Source: Hyphochytrium catenoides
Taxonomy: Eukaryota > Protista > Hyphochytriomycota
DNA length: 35,953 bases
Direction of reading: 5' to 3'
NCBI GenBank assembly: GCA_900088475.1
Contig: FLMG01003912.1
Location: 1-35,953 of the forward strand
Shown here: piece after piece, positions 34,693 to 35,953 of the stretch
How positions within the stretch are numbered: the stretch's first letter is position 1
How the letters are laid out: each line of letters opens with the position of its first letter
The notes under the pieces: model-generated
The model's input: only the letters and a program-made list of their open reading frames with translations
What the model was told of the DNA's origin: nothing
Databases searched by the model: none
Translations under genes and position numbers: made by a program

Positions 34693-35953
34693 GCTAGCTT
34701 AGCCGCTGGTTGTTTGCAACCTTGAGGTTTCTCCTCTCCCCTTCCTAACAAGGAGATAGCAAAGACTTTTATTGCAGGGATGATCAGCACCACCACCACC
34801 TCATATGATGTCTCTTTATTATATAATAGGATGGGGCAAAGGACACGACGACGATGAATAATGAAGGTCTTGCTTTGTGAGAGCACGAGCAAGAAAGAAA
34901 GAGAATGCCTAAGAGTAGAAGGAAGAAAGAGAGAGATTAGAAGTGCGTTAACATTAGGAGGAGCTCAGCGACGAGCTCGCAGCAGCCACCGAGCGACCAC
35001 CACGTGGACGGAGGAGGACCGGAAGGGACAGAAGAAGAGTCTGTGGTGGTCTGTGTCGTTACAATACAGTTTTATGAAGGTTTATACGAACATCATTTTT
35101 TACTTTTAAAAATGATTTATTTTCTTTAGCTATGAAAAACTACTACTGTCACTATTAACAGACTAATTGTAGAAGAAGAAGGAAGTGAAGAAGAAGAAGA
35201 GGCAGAAGAAGAGAAGAAAAGCTAAGAAGCCATAGGCTCTTCCATCATCTCAGCTCGACCTGCTCCCTGCTCATCATCAGTAAAGGAAGAATCATAGTTT
35301 ACTATAAAATGAAAACGATTGATATTGCTAACAATTTTCTAATCTAATTTTATAAAACGTGAAGAGGCTTTTGACTTATTTCTTACATAAAACTATGTAA
35401 TAGAAGAAGAAGGAGGAGAAGTAATAGAAGAAGAAGAAGAAGAAGCGAAAGAAGAGAAGGAAAGAGGAAGTGGAAGAAGAAGAAGATGAAGGAGAGAGAA
35501 GAGCCACTAATAGATGAAAGAGTATGTTCACAAGCAACAACGAATCAAGAAGATTATACTCTTTGCCACCATCACAGAAATAGCAAGAGGAAGCTCTTCC
35601 GATAACGATGATGGGAGAGGAGAACGTGATGAAGAAGAGTCCAGGTCACTGTAGCTTTCCCGTCGTCTTCAATTTCTTCTTCAATTCTTTCTTCTTCCTT
35701 GTTCTTCTCCTCCTTTTTCTTCTTCTTTTTCTTTCTCCTCCTTGTTCTGTTCGTCCCCTCCTTCCTCTCCTCCTCCTTCTTCCTGTTCTTCTTTTACTTC
35801 TTCTTATAAACTTTTTATAGAGATAAAAAGAGGATTATTACCATTAAAAGAATTACTCCGTATATAAAAATAAGGAAATTATAAAACAAAGAATTGTGAA
35901 TTGAAGCCTGCAAAACGTTACATGGCCTCTTTAGCCGTTAGCGGTATATATAC

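Overview
Eukaryotic (protist-like, taxon not identifiable from sequence alone) genomic DNA with GT-AG introns and standard genetic code. Two sequence regimes alternate. Blocks 1-~21330 and ~26800-28860 are saturated with (CT)n/(GA)n microsatellites. They carry intron-containing genes for an intracellular-type Na+/H+ exchanger (+), a DGAT2/MGAT acyltransferase (-), a 7TM-RGS fusion (+) and an uncharacterised membrane protein (-), plus an intronless 1424-aa TPR/DUF4470-like gene (-). Blocks ~21330-26800 and ~28860-35953 are microsatellite-poor. They carry an intronless heme-thiolate peroxidase/unspecific-peroxygenase gene preceded by a 44-bp palindromic tandem array, an intronless bacterial-type RimJ/RimL GNAT, and a phosphoglycerate kinase copy with an in-frame TGA at a conserved Trp plus CpG-context G>A changes at conserved residues. 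Most short ORFs in the supplied track are microsatellite or antisense artefacts. Exon coordinates were derived by hand and family assignments from recognised motifs; no database searches were run.
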